Shown: positions 22,966 through 35,872, counted from the stretch's first letter. The stretch: DNA of 64,000 bases from Euglena gracilis (GCA_039621445.1 CP154954.1:31334012-31398011); one strand, 5' to 3'. Made by a program: numbers and translations. The notes: generated by a model from the sequence alone, not told the origin.

Positions 22966-25127
22966 CAAAAAAAACAGCCTGGCCCGGAAAAGGCCTTTTT
23001 CAATGAGAATTTTCTGGGTCCCCCTGGACCCCCCCCCCCGGGTTTGTCCCTTCTTGGGCCAGGCACCCACCCCCCCCCCCCCCCCCCCCCCCCCCGGTCG
23101 GTAAGCACAAGCCTGGCCGCAGCCTCCTCCCTCTCAACGGCGCCACTCCTGGAGAAGGTGCGGGCGCATGACACGGCCGCCATTGAGACCGGTCATCCCA
23201 AGGCAGTGGGGAACGACTCCGCCGATTTCTGGGCCAAGGAGGCTGCCCTTGGCCGGGCCGCATCAACGTGGTCTCCTCCCCCCCCATGCTTTGACGATCC
23301 CTTGCTCCTGCAAGACGCCTCAGGGTTGACGATCTACGACCTCCCCGCAGCGTTCGCCTGGGCCTGGTGGCTCAGGTGCCTGGTCTCCTGGGAGAAGCGC
23401 TCATCATTACGCCTCCTCATTTTGTTACCCGGCATCCACCCCAATCGCTGTTTCCCGGCAGGGTTGTTCGATTAATCGAAAGTCGATCAATCGGTCAAGA
23501 CCCCCCCAATCATCGTTCATTCGTCCGGTGATCGATTAATCGATTTTCAATGCCGCACATCCCGATTTTTCCGCACTCCACACCGTATTTTTTTGCATTT
23601 CCGGTCAACATTTTGCACTTTATCTCAAAAATGTTTGCACATGTTAAAAATTTGTTCACACTTTATCTCAAAAATGTTTGGCATTTTATCTCAAAAATAT
23701 TTGCCTACGTTCCGAAATTTTTTGCACACGTATCGGGTGTTTTGCACTTTTGCCCTTAAAGTCCACGTCTTAGGTGCAGGGACTCAGGACAAGGTGTGCG
23801 TCTACGCCGCCGGACTTCAGGCATGAGGTCCGTGTCCTAAAACGCAGTCTCCATCCAAAATGCTGCGTCATGAATAATGATTTTGTTGGAACCCCCCAAA
23901 GCCGACCAAAATGGTTCAGAAAGCGGAAATGAATGGTTTGAAATGGAAATGCCATTGCTCCAAAAGCGCATTGACCTCAGAATTTGTCCCACTTCATTCC
24001 AACCTTTGACAAATGAGTTACATTGGTTCGTTTCAAGCCGTTTTGAGCCGTTTTTCGAATACAAATCGTTGTAAATGGACAATACAACTCCAACGCCAAC
24101 ATGTGGTAGAGAAATGATATAAAAAAGATGTCATAGAGAAAAATCAAAGACAGGAGTCCTTGGACATTCCCAAATACCAATTTGTGGTTTTGGAGTTTGC
24201 GCATTCATTCATGGTTGGGAAAAATCTTGACCATCACAAATGCACTGCTCAAAGAAGCGCATTGAGTGTTTGTTGCGCTCAATGTTAGAAAGGAGAGACA
24301 TAGCGATGTGATGTAGTGTGATGATTTTTTGGCAAAGAAAAGCACTGCATATGTGGACAGCTTGCATCAAAACCCCAAATATTTTGCTTTTTTGGCTGGC
24401 CATTTCAGGCAGTTTTTTTTTGCAATAATTTTTAGCATTTTTGGAATTTTTGGGGTCAATCCATGGTCATCATCAGGGGTTTTTTTTTAAAAACAGGGGG
24501 GGTCCCCCCCACCCACCCACCCCCTGGGGGGTCCCCCCGGGGGGGGGGGGTCCCGGAGGACCCACAAAAAATGGCCGAAAATCGCGAAAAGTGCTAAAAA
24601 TAGAATTTTTTTGGCGCCTGCGGCGCTGAAAAGTATATCCCACCCCCCTCCAAGGGGACCCCCCCCCCCCGGGGGGGGCTCAGCCGGAACCACCCACCCC
24701 GCAACCCCCCCCCCCCCACCCGGGGGGCCACGCCTTAAAAAAACCCCTGGTCATCATGGATTTTTTGATGTCGTGTTCAATCCATTGAGGCTTCATTTTG
24801 GGCAAATTTCTGGCAGATCGTCAATCATTTTTTTGGGATGTTTTCAAATATTTTTAATAAGTTTAGGAAATGCTGGGCCTTTTATGTCATTTTTCTGACC
24901 TTTTTTGAACTGTGTCCATCCATTTTGGCCATTTTGGCTGCTTGCACAAGGCCTCCCAGTTGGCTTTAGACAAATAGGGTGTTCACCGACTCTCGATTTG
25001 CCCCCCTCCCCAAAATGTTCGTTCTTTGAGTGGCGTGGATTGAACACACAAGAAAATTCCAGTGTGTTTTTGGGGGGGGGGTGAGGTCGTGTGGTGGGCC
25101 GACCCCAGGGTCTGCGCACAACACAGC

Positions 25128-27887
25128 CCGGATCTCCTCAATATTCTATTGGAGACCTTCCACCGCTGGGCGGCTGCCAGCGATATGGGCGTGCCGGTGG
25201 CGGGTATCCGACTGCCCTCCATCAGCTTCGCGGACGATGTGGCCTTGATTGCCGCCTCGGCCACAGAAATGACGGCCCTCATCCGAGCATGCCTCCAGCT
25301 GGGCGACCTGGACATTGTTTCCTCTTCAGGTTTTCGCTTTGTCGGTGTGGAGCTGGGCTTGCCAGAGCCCCAGGCCTCGGAGGTGCACTTCGCCCCTCGC
25401 CTGGGCAAGGCCTTGGAGACCCTGCGCCGGCTGCTGAAGGCTCCCCCTGCCGTCCTCCCTGTGCTCCCTCCATAGTGGGCATTTTTTTTAAAAAAAAACA
25501 AAACAACGTGTTTTTTTTAAAAAAAACCACTAAAAAAACATCAAAAAGCAAAAGGGAGATTTCATTCAGAAAACTCATTATGAAACTCCCAAACCATATT
25601 TTGAATCCTACTCAGTTCAAAAGTGCCAAAAATGGTCGAAAACATCCAAAAAAGCAAAAAAATGCAATTTTATGACTTTTTCCATTTTTTACAGGAGGTA
25701 GTTTTTGGTAAAACTGACCCAAAAGTTGCCAAAAATGACCGAAAATACACATTCAAAAAATTTTCTCTGCAAAACCTAGTGGGCGTGTTTTTTGTTTTTT
25801 TTTTTAAAAAAACATTGTTAGAAATAAAAAAACAAAAAAACAACGTCAAAAAAAACAGGCGTGCCCACTATGGCTCCCTCCTGTGGCGCGCCACTGTCCT
25901 CCCACAGGTGTGTACCAGATCCGGGATCTCAAGCCGATGGCCCCCCAGCGGCTCATGTCCGCCGGGGTGGCGGCCATGGGTCACAAGCCCCTGCGCTTGA
26001 ACACCTGGCGCTCCCCGCTGCGGCAGTGGGGGGCCCGTTGGGAGAATCTGCTGTGGCACACCCGGTCGCCCATGCGGTTTCTGCAATTGGTATGGCTCCA
26101 GACCCTGGGCAACACCTTTGCCATCTCAGGCTTCGTCCACCGGGCAATCGCCTGCCCGGGCCCAACCTGGGCAGGGTGGTGACTGAAATTTCCGGCCCCT
26201 GAAATTTCACGAAATTTCACGATTTTTTTCCTTTTCTTTCCGACCACTTTTCACGAATGTCATTATCCTAAACCTGGGCAGAAACATCCTCCGCTCTGCG
26301 CTCTGCCCTCGCAGTGGGATGGCGTGTGGTGCGCAACCAGGCTTGCGCTCGTCCGGTCTGCAGCCTGGCCGCGCCTCTGCCCCGAGCAGGCCTACCCAGG
26401 ACAGATTGTCCTCACGCCGGTTAATGACTTCCTCCCTCCGGGTGCCGTCTTCACAGATGACTCCTTAGCGTCCTCCGGGGGAGCCGCGGTCTGGGCCCCA
26501 GACACCGAGTCTGCCCTCACCTGTTCTGTTCCAGGTCCCTTGAGCTCCACCCTCTGCGAGTTGGTGGCCCTACGCACGGCGGCGGAGGCCTCCCCCCCGC
26601 ACATCTTGACAGACTTACTGACCTCCCTCCAAACGCTGGCAGGGGGGAATCTCTTCTCCCTTCCGTGTGTCCTCCAGTCTCCCCTCATGTCCCCACCGGG
26701 GGGGGGGGGGGAAAAATTTTTGCTCTAGAGAAAATTTGCCAGACAATTTTCGCGGAAGCAAATCCCGCGAAATATTTCCAGACATTTTTAAGGAATCCCG
26801 CGAAATTTTTGTCTGTGTATTTCCTTTCAGGTGCTCAAGGCTTCCCTTTTTTGCTTCACAGAAAAAAAATCCCGCAAAATATTTTCGGGCATTTTTAAGG
26901 AATCCCACGAAATTTGTCATCCGCGAAATTTGTCGCCGCAAAATTTCTCTGGCACGAAATCCCCCCCCCCCCGGTAGTGCGCCAGATCATCGCCGCAGCC
27001 AGGCTTGTGCTTAGTCGGGTGCCTACCCCACGGGAGGGGATGCTAAAGGCTAAAGGTGCCAAAGGCGCCGGGGGCCCGGAACAGGCTGTATTTTAGTCAG
27101 GTGCCGACCCCACCCCAGGGGGGGGGGGTGCCTGCCTGGGCAGGCACTTCAAGGCACTCCCGATCCGACCCCCCCGGGGGGGGGGGGTAGGGCACACGGC
27201 CCTACCTCAAGTGCCTAGCACAAGTGCCCTAGCACAGACCCGGCGCCAAAGGCGCGGGGAGCCAAAAATGGCCTATTTTCAAAGGAATGTGCCTGGGCAC
27301 AGGCCAAAATCCGACCCCCCCCCCAGTGCCTGCCTGGTCAGGCACTCAAAAGCACTCCGGACCCCCCCCTCCCCCCCGGGGTTGGTAAAAAAACAGCCTG
27401 GCCCGGAAAAGGCCTTTTTCAATGAGAATTTTCTGGGTCCCCCCGGCCCCCCCCCCCCGGGGGTGTCCCTTCTTGGGGCAGGCACCCCATAGCACCCACC
27501 CACCCCCCTCCCCCCCCCCCGGTCGGTAAGCACAAGCCTGGCCGCAGCCTCCTCCCTCTCAACGGCGCCACTCCTGGAGAAGGTGCGGGCGCATGACACG
27601 GCCGCCATTGAGACCGGTCATCCCAAGGCAGTGGGGAACGACTCCGCCGATTTCTGGGCCAAGGAGGCTGCCCTTGGCCGGGCCGCATCAACGTGGTCTC
27701 CTCCCCCCCCCCCATGCTTTGACGATCCCTTGCTCCTGCAAGACGCCTCAGGGTTGACGATCTACGACCTCCCCGCAGCGTTCGCCTGGGCCTGGTGGCT
27801 CAGGTGCCTGGTCTCCTGGGAGAAGCGCTCATCATTACGCCTCCTCATTTTGTTTCCCGGCATCCACCCCAATCGCCGTTTCCCGGC
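25128..27887 (+). pseudogene. RT/RNase H, copy C, with the same MITE insertions
   Basis: SFADDVAL, VFTDDS, CELVAL, KVRAH and GNDSAD motifs. Confidence 0.85.
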
Positions 27888-29630
27888 AGGGTTGTTCGAT
27901 TAATCGAAAGTCGATCAATCGGTCAAGACCCCCCCAATCATCGTTCGTTCGTCCGGTGATCGATTAATCGATTTTCAATGCCGCACATCCCGATTTTTCC
28001 GCACTCCACACCGTATTTTTTTGCACTTCCGGTCAATATTTTGCACTTTATCTCAAAAATGTTTGCACATGTTAAAAATTTGTTCACATTTTGTCTCAAA
28101 AATGTTTGGCATTTTATCTCAAAATATTTGCCTACGTTCCGAAATTTTTTGCACACGGATCGGGTGTTTTGCACTTTTGCCCTTAAAGTCCGCGTCTTAG
28201 GTGCAGGGACTCAGGACAGGGTGTGCGTCTACGCCGCCGGACTTCAGGCATGAGGCCTGTGTCTTAAAACGCAGTCTCCGTCCAAAATGCTGCGTCATGA
28301 ATAATGATTTTGTTGGAACCCCCCAAAACCGACCAAAATGGTTCAGAAAGCGGAAATGAATGGTTTGAAATGGAAATGTCATTGCTGCAAAAGCGCATTG
28401 ACCTCAGAATTTGTCCCACTTCATTCCAACCTTTGACAAATGAGTTACATTGGTTCGTTTCAAGCCGTTTTGAGCCGTTTTTCGAATACAAATCGTTGTA
28501 AATGGACAATACAACTCCAACGCCAACATGTGGTATAGAGAAAAATCAAAGACAGGAGTTCTTGGACATTTCCAAATACCAATTTCTGGTTTTGGAGTTT
28601 GCGCATTCATTCACGGTTGGGAAAAATCTTGACCATCACAAATGCACTGATCAAAGAAGCGCATTGAGTGTTTGTCGCGCTCAATGTTAGAAAGGAGAGA
28701 CATAGCGATGTGATGTAGTGTGATGATTTTTGGCAAAGAAAAGCACTGCATATGTGGGCAGCTTGCATCAAAACCCCAAATATTTTGCATTTTTGGCTGG
28801 TTTTCTGCCATTTCAGGTTTTTTTTTTGCAATAATTTTTAGCATTTTTGGAATTTTTGGGGTCAATTCATGGTCATCATCAGGGGCTTTTTTTAAAACAG
28901 GGGGGGGGAGGGGGGGTCCCCCCCCACCCCCCCACCCCCTGGGGGGGCCCCGCCGGGGGGGGGGGGGTCCCGGGGGACCCACAAAATCGCGAAAAGTGCT
29001 AAAAATAGCATTTTTTTGGCGCCTGCGGCGCTGAAAAGTATATCCCATTTTTTCCCCTATTGTCCATGTTGTCCACATTGTCCGTATGTCAAAAACAAAC
29101 TCGACATTGGTGTTCTTCAACACCGTTCTTCAACACCAACCAAACCACATGCTCACCGAATTTTGCCCACGTTCAACTAACCCATTTGTATAACCAACGA
29201 ACCCATTTCCGCACTTTTTTTACCACCCAAGGGACCTGCCTCAAGAAAAAACCCTTGGGTGATGAGTGGGTACTCATCCAATGATGATGAGGACACTAGG
29301 GTTTTCAGAGACCCCACATCGAATTCTACTCCCCTGGTCACAAGTGAGGGGCACCATGGCTGACATTGTCGGTTATGGTGAACAGAGAGTGACGCCTTGC
29401 TTGTGCATTTTTTTTTTAACCAAAAATGCCTTCATTTCAGCTGTTTTTGGTAATTTTGGTTTGATTTTGGGCTTATTGTTGGAAATTTTTCTCAGTCTTT
29501 TTTCCCTTAGGAATGTACAAACTCAGCGCATTTTTTGCGCATTTTTTTGCGCATTTTTGCGCATTTTTTCCGAGGGCCGTCCAGCGCATTCCCCCCCCCC
29601 CCTGTCCACTGGTCCACTGCAGGTGAGCAA

Positions 29631-29945
29631 CAGGGCGGTCCTTAGGGGACAGGAAAGTTTTTTTTTATATTTCCTTAAGGACCGCCCCCCTTTCGGCCAA
29701 AGGGCCAACCAAGGGCTGGACTAGGACTTGGAAAAGGCAAAAATTAAAAAGTCGAAAAACACAGTTTTTGATGATTTGGGTGGATGGATGATGGTCCAAG
29801 GGTGCCAGGAATCAATTTTTTTCCTGATGTCGACCTGTTCTCGCTGAAAAATGCCAAAATTTATTTGCCCATTTTCCGGTAAATTTTTCACTGAGTGTGC
29901 TGGGACAGCGGAGTTTTTTTTTTTATTTGCTTAAGGACCGCCCTG
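29631..29945. mobile_element. hAT-type MITE
   Basis: TIR CAGGGCGGTCCTTA/TAAGGACCGCCCTG. TSD GTGAGCAA. Confidence 0.92.
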
Positions 29946-29953
29946 GTGAGCAA

Positions 29954-31979
29954 TGCCGCCTTCCCTGCCTTTGCCGCCGGAGGACTGGGTGGCGTCCTTC
30001 CACAATCCCCTCGCAGCTGCACTGTTGCCGGAGTCCCACCTGCCTGCCCCTTGTCCCCATCGGATGCCCAGCGCTTCCTCGCTCGTTTGCATTGCCTGCT
30101 CGCAGAACGCCTGGCCAAGTGGATGAGTCGCCGCTGCGAGCTGATTGCCGCCGCCCCACAACGTGTCCCGGACGGTCTGGGCCTGGTACCCCAGGAATGG
30201 GTGCTGGGACAACGCCAGCCTTCGCACCTGCCACCGGAGCGCCGCCTCACGGTGACGGAGTTGTGACAGGCAGAGGGTGCCTGCCCGCCCGGTTTTGGCC
30301 CGAAACCGGGGGGGGGTATTATTTTGGCGGCTGAAGTCGGATCCCAATGGGGGGGGTATTATTTGGGGGGTTTACATACCTCTGGACACCTCCGTCGGCA
30401 ACACGGAAATATTCAGAGCCTAAAAAAGCAACAAAAGGGCCAAAATTCACCTGGCCCGTGTAGCACCATCTGGGGAGAGAGGGCCCCCCGACACACTGCA
30501 ACCTGTAACACATCACAGGGATTGTCACAAGCTCAGGGGCTTCCATTACACATTGCTGTTGGTAAATGTTGCGCCCGCACAACAGTTATCCATTGCGCGT
30601 ATGCGCAATGTAAAACTGTTGCGCATGTGCGCAATGTCTTTTTTCATGCGGTCTCCCCACCTCCTTTGCCATCATCCCAGGTCCCATCCAGGCTTGTGCT
30701 TAGTCGGGTGCCTACCCCACGGGGGGGGGGTGCCAGGGGCAGACACCCCATAGCACCCGATCCGACCCCCCCGGGGGGGGGTAGGGTTTTGGGGGGTGCC
30801 TGCCCCTAGCAGGCACCCCCCTCCGACCCCGGCGCCTTCGGCGCTGGGGCCTGGAAAAGGCCATTTTCAATGAAAATTTTCTGGGTCCCCCCCGGGTGTG
30901 CCTGCTAGGGCAGGCACCCTATAGCCCCCCCCCCCTCCCCCCCCCCGGTCGGTAAGCACAAGCATGGTCCCATCGTGTGGCCCCGTTCGCCTGAAGTGGC
31001 TGCGGGAGCGCCTGGTCCTTTTACAGGAGGAGACGGAGACCTGCCCATCAGCTGCTGGGTCTTCAGTAGAGGTCTTGCTGGCTCTCTTCGAACGCAGCAC
31101 CGGTGAGTCCTTCCAACCCCAGGGGTGAATGTGCAGCAACGTGACGGCTCCATTGGCTGCGTGTTGGGCCTCCTGTGTCTGCACCCCCCGCCCTCGTTGT
31201 CCCCTCTGCTGTCCCGAGTTCCCAAGGCAGGGGAGGTGCCTCCAGCCAACAGCTGGTACCAGCACTGCAGGCGCGCAAAAGCTGCAGCAAACGCCACCCT
31301 GGCCGCCTGGCTGCGGTGCCACCGGTTTCTGAAGCCGGTGGCACCCGAGGAGGGCGAGTCCGGGATGGCCCTTCTCCTCTTGTGGGAGGTTGACCATGGC
31401 TGCGCCTTCCCCAGCGACGCTGGGGATAGATCCTCTTCCTTGTTGGCAGGCTTTTCGCGGCGGCTGAAAACCACAGCAGAGCAAGACTCCGAGCTGCAGA
31501 CCTGGTTCGTCCCGAAAGACATGCAGTGCCCTCTCCACCCAGGTCTCCGACCTTCCCATCAGGTGCGTTGGCCTGTGAAAGTCATCACCTCCGGCGGTAT
31601 GTCGGAAACGTGGTTCAGCCATTTTTCGGGACGATGGAAAGCCTACTTTTTGTCCCTTGTGTGTCCAGCATCACAGGCCGCACCAGCGCTGCCGTCCGCC
31701 GGAGCTACATCGAGTTCAGATGCTCTTGCACAGGGGCAGCTGCCGGGGAGCCAGCCCTGAAACACAGGAGGACGGCTCCTCCCGTGCGCCCAGCCGAAAT
31801 GACAACGAGTTCAGCTGGGGCCACCTCGCCCGCGGCGCCGGCAATTCGGCGCCCCTTCATCCACCGTGTCGTCGCAGGCACCACCGCGGAAGAGGCGGGT
31901 CACTCTCGGGTCCTGGCTGCAACCACAGCGGCCACCTGAGGGAGCCCATGGCAGAGCTGCACAGGGGCCGCCCACCTAA
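29954..31979 (+). pseudogene. GC-rich coding-like remnant, possibly the 3' part of the same non-LTR element
   Basis: Long open frames (AQRFLARLHCLLAERLAKWMSRRCEL; LKWLRERL...WLRCHRFL...LLLLWEVDHG...WKAYF) with composition like the RT/RH segment and on the same strand. No domain recognised. Confidence 0.45.
30689..30966. mobile_element. hAT-type MITE (14761 family, no nested insert)
   Basis: TIR CAGGCTTGTGCTTA/TAAGCACAAGCATG. TSD GTCCCATC. Confidence 0.9.
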
Positions 31980-32361
31980 CGGGGACTGGGACGCGGGCAA
32001 TTCCCAGGTGACCCCTAGGGAGCCCAGCTGGCGCCCCAGGTGCGCAAGCACCGCCGACCGAACCCCCCCCCCCACTACACAGCCTGGGGGGTCGACCCCA
32101 GCGACCCTAGGGTCGTAGTGGGCCAACCTGGGGTCGGCCCACTGTCCCCCCTCCCCCCAGGCCAGATCCAGGAGCCCAGAGGGTCAGAGAATTCTTTCCA
32201 GCATTTTCGGCCAATTTTGGCTGGATTTTGGGTGGGTGGGTGAGTGGTTGACCCACGGTGATTGTGGGTGGGTGGGTGGGTTTTCAAAAAAAAAGTGGGT
32301 GGGTGGGTTTGGGCCTGGGAAGAATGCTCCCCCAGGTCACTAAGTGAATGTTTGTCCAGAC

Positions 32362-33066
32362 CAGGCTGTTTTTTTTTAGTCGGGTGCCGACCCCACCCCG
32401 GGGGGGGGGTGCCTGCCTGGGCAGGCATTCCAAGGCACTCCAAATCCGACTCCCCCCCGGGGGGGGCGGGGGCTAGGGCAAACTGCCAAAAGTGCCCTGG
32501 CACAACCCCGGCGCCAAAGGCGCCGGGGAGCCAAAAATGGCCTATTTTCAAAGGAATGTGCCTGGGCACTGGCCGAAATCCGACCCCCCGGGGGGGTAGT
32601 GCAGGGTTTGATATAAGGAGGGCGTACATGGTTTAGGTGGGGGGGGTGTCCCCCCCACCCCCCCCTCCTGGCCCGCAGGGGGGGGGGTCCGGACCACTCC
32701 CCCCCACCTGCCAGGGGGGTCCGGACCGACCCTCGGGGGGATTCCCGGGACCCCCCCCAAAAAGGGTCGATTTTTTCCTCCGGCGCTTTGCGCCGAAAAT
32801 TTTTTGCATTTTTGGCACATTTTTTTGCCCAAAAAGTGCCCAAAATGGCACTTTTGGTCGTTTTGGGGTGTCAAAATTTTTCGGTAACCCAGACCGCGCA
32901 CCTGTTTAGGTGTGGGGGCGGTGTCCCCACCACCACCCCCCTCCTGGCCCGCAGGGGGGGGGGTCCGGACCACCCCCCCACCTGTCCTTATATCGAACCC
33001 TGGGGTAGTGCCTGCCTGGGCAGGCACTCCGGACCCCCCCCCCCTGGGGTTGGTAAAAACAGCATG
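32362..33066. mobile_element. hAT-type MITE (14843 family) with nested MITE at 32602-33002
   Basis: Outer CAGGCTGTTTT/AAAACAGCATG, TSD GTCCAGAC/ATCCAGAC. Inner CAGGGTTTGATATA/TATATCGAACCCTG, TSD GGGTAGTG. Confidence 0.9.
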
Positions 33067-33108
33067 ATCCAGACCCCCGAGTCGTAAGAACACCACCATC
33101 AGAGGCGC

Positions 33109-33114
33109 ATGCCA
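33109..33114 (+). CDS. Putative start (ATG CCA) of the CCCH zinc-finger gene
   Basis: Followed by AAC-CAG at 33115. In frame with 33194 if 33115-33193 is an intron. An in-frame TAA lies upstream at 33085. Confidence 0.35.
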
Positions 33115-33193
33115 AACCAGGGAATTCCCCTTCCTTGGAACCAAAAACTGGGTACGAAGTCTAGAGAAAAAAGGATGTATTTCCTCTGACAGT

Positions 33194-33241
33194 CACCTGC
33201 CTGCCAATCACAGTGCAGTGGTGCAGCCACCAGAAGGGGCT
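33194..33241 (+). CDS. Putative exon HLPANHSAVVQPPEGA of the CCCH gene
   Basis: 48 nt bounded by CTG-ACAGT| and |GAC-CAG. Joins 33817 in frame. Confidence 0.5.
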
Positions 33242-33816
33242 GACCAGGCTTTTGCTGAAGGGATTGTAGTACCCCCCCCCCCCCCCCGGGGGGGGCTGGA
33301 CTGCAGATAGTCCAAATTTGGCTAGTGGGATTTCTAGCAGACCCCCCCGGGGGGGGGGTCTGCTAGCAGGGCTAGCCAGTGGAAAATTTTTTTCCAGTGA
33401 CCGGCGCGAAGCACTGAATTTTTGTTGGGACCCCCAAAAATGGCCAAAAATGCCTGCTTTTGGCCATTTGGGAATTTTTGGATCAAAATCAGCCAAAAAC
33501 CTATTAAAAACCTCATTTCCACCTCAGCGCACAGCGCCGGAGGAAATTTTTTTCCAGTTGGGGGGACCCCCCTTCCCCCCGGGGGAGGAGAGGGTCTAGC
33601 TGGTCCATTTTTTTCCAGTGTCTAGCCGATTGGCTAGCCAGGGAGTCCAACCAGCTTCTGAAAAGTTGGCGGAAAAAATTCCAATCCAGCTGGGTTGAGA
33701 TTGTTAAGCCAAAATTTTGCGGAGAAAATGCCATTTCCCCCTATTTTTGACCCTCTTTTTTTTCCAAGGAAAGAATCCTGGTTTCTTCTGGGTTGGGCGT
33801 ATCCAACCCTGAGACC

Positions 33817-33990
33817 AAGGCCAAGAGGAATGCAAAGGCCGCCAAGGTTTCGGGCACCCATCACGATGATCACTCAGTGGACCACAACAAGTACAAGACG
33901 CGCCTGTGTCGCAATTGGAAGGAGACTGGGAAGTGCCCTTACGGGGACACCTGTGTCTATGCCCATGGGGCTAAGGAAATGCGCTGCAGG
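33817..33990 (+). CDS. Exon encoding a C-x8-C-x5-C-x3-H zinc finger (TTP/ZC3H-like RNA-binding protein)
   Basis: [32 protein letters not shown] with no stops. 174 nt bounded by CTG-AGACC| and |GAG-CAG. Confidence 0.9.
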
Positions 33991-34667
33991 GAGCAGGCTT
34001 TTTTGAATGTGACCCCGCCACTGGCATTTTCAAAGTTTCCCCTCTTCTGGGAGGGGGTCGGTTTTTGGGATGGGGAGTGTCAAAGCACCATCAATGTTCA
34101 GGCCAGGCACCATCAATGTTCAGGTCAGGCAAACAAAGAGATATTCTTTTCTGCTGCAATTCTCGCCTTTGTTTCGTGTTTTCGGTTGGGGCTGGTTTTT
34201 TTTTGTAACAGAATTCCAACTGGCCAAATTTGGACAAGCTGCAGTTGAGCCCCCCCCCCCCTCCAGGGGGTGCTGAACCCTTAAGCAGAAGCCTGGACAA
34301 TGCTCAATCTCAAACAAATGGACACAGCAACGAAGGTGTCCATGTTTTTTTGTCCCGCTTCGCCCTTAGACAAAAAAACACCGGCCCCTAATTTTCGTTT
34401 TTCAAACTGGTAAAAACCCATGAAAGAGGTTTCTGAGATTTTTGCTTTCCCCTGCACGGACTCTCAGACCAGGAACTGCCAATCAGCCCCCTTTTCAATT
34501 TTGTGTGTGTGTTTTTTGTGATATTCGGGCTGCAAAGCATCGTCTCTGTGGATCGCCGAAAACGTGCCACCACCAAAAAAAACAGAGAAGGGGGGTTTTG
34601 CGCATCTCCCTGGGGGTGGTGCTTTGGGCAAGGACCACCTGGGGTCAGAGAAGAGAAGCCTGGCTGG
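33991..34667 (+). other. Non-canonical (non GT-AG) intron coinciding with a decayed hAT-type MITE
   Basis: CAGGCTT at +4 and AAGCCTG ending at -6. Flanking 8-mers GCAGGGAG/GCTGGGAG. Removal gives in-frame EMRCR|EDNEAAVMSL. Confidence 0.75.
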
Positions 34668-34765
34668 GAGGACAATGAAGCGGCTGTCATGTCGTTAACC
34701 AAGCTGGCCGACCACCTTTCTCGCCAGCGAACAGCAGCCCGGCTTCCTCCAGCAAAACAGATGCC
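34668..34765 (+). CDS. Exon EDNEAAVMSLTKLADHLSRQRTAARLPPAKQM of the CCCH gene
   Basis: In frame with the zinc-finger exon. 3' boundary inferred at CC|AGA-CAG. Confidence 0.7.
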
Positions 34766-35150
34766 AGACAGGCAACCTCAATGGGGGGCAAACTTGTAAT
34801 GTCGTTTCAAAAAGGGTCCGTCCTTGGCTTCTTTTTGTCCTCAGTTGATGGAAACTTTTATTTATTTATTCAATGAAAGATTCAATGAAAGAAAGAGCAC
34901 AGGACTTTCTGGACCTAAAAAAAATAACACAGATCGCCATTTGTTTTTTTTCTTTCAAAAGGGGCAAAAAATGGCCTAAAATTATTATTTTTGGCTGTTT
35001 GAGGTATTTTTGGATTTGACCTGGGTTTTTGACTCAAAAAAGTTCCAACCCAACTGGACTGGGCCAAAAGAAAATGCTTTTTCCAAAAAAAAATCCGAAA
35101 ATGTGAAGAAAAATCAATTCTGGCTGTAAGTTCCAACACCTTCTGTATGA

Positions 35151-35161
35151 GGTGCCCACCA
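35151..35161 (+). CDS. Putative 11-nt micro-exon
   Basis: Bounded by CTG-TATGA| and |AAT-CAG. Supplies the phase linking 34765 to 35873. Confidence 0.3.
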
Positions 35162-35325
35162 AATCAGGTATCAGAAGAGTGTGTCGCCTTTTGACACTGT
35201 TTAGAGTAGGAAACCCCTAGAGGAGGGTGTAAAAAGTGGGGTGTAGGGTGTAAGGGTGCAAGGAGGGTGTGAGGGGTTTCGGTGGAGGGGTGCCCTCCTC
35301 CTGGACCAGGTGAGAGGGCGGACAC

Positions 35326-35646
35326 CAGGCTTGTGCTTAGTCGGGTGCCTACCCCACGGGGGGGGGGGGGGGGGGGGGAGGGGGAGCCCCCCCCTAGCCC
35401 CCGATCCGCCCCCCCCCCCCCCGGGGGGGGGTAGGGTTTTGGGGGGTGCCTGCCCCTAGCAGGCACCCCCCTCCGACCCCGGCGCCGAAGGCGCCGGGGG
35501 CCCGGAAAAGGCCATTTTCAATGAAAATTTTCTGGGTCCGGCCCGGACCCCTATCCCCCCCCCCGGGGGGGGTGTGCCTGCTAGGGGCAGGCACCCTATA
35601 GCACCCACCCCCCCCTCCCCCCCCCCGGTTGGTAAGCACAAGCATG
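35326..35646. mobile_element. hAT-type MITE (14761 family) inside a predicted intron
   Basis: TIR CAGGCTTGTGCTTA/TAAGCACAAGCATG. TSD GCGGACAC. Confidence 0.92.
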
Positions 35647-35872
35647 GCGGACACCCCCTGTCTTGAAAAACCCCTGCCCGGGACCCACCCCAAAAGGTCT
35701 TTTCCTTCCGGTTTTTTCCCCCTTCTGGTGCTTTCCACCGAAAATTTTTCGCATTTTTGACAGTTTTTTTCCCCCAAAAGTCTCCAAAATAGCATTCTGC
35801 AGATTTTGGGAGGTGAATATTTTCGGTCACCTCATCGACCCCCCACCTGCCGTTGTATCGAACCCTGGTCCA

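Larger units (their letters stand above)
12777..29047 (+). repeat. Tandem segmental triplication: copy A 12777-17188, copy B 17189-24994 (with ~4-kb insertion and ~660-bp deletion), copy C 24995-29047 (3'-truncated)
   Basis: Near-identical blocks each begin GATTTGCCCCC..CAAAATGTTCGTTCTTTGAGTGG. The same ORFs recur three times in the track. Confidence 0.95.

Noticed and set aside
33793-34248. 151-aa single-exon zinc-finger ORF as given in the track
   Set aside because: It has a TTG start, and the sequence after EMRCR runs into T-rich MITE-like DNA. A spliced model explains it better.
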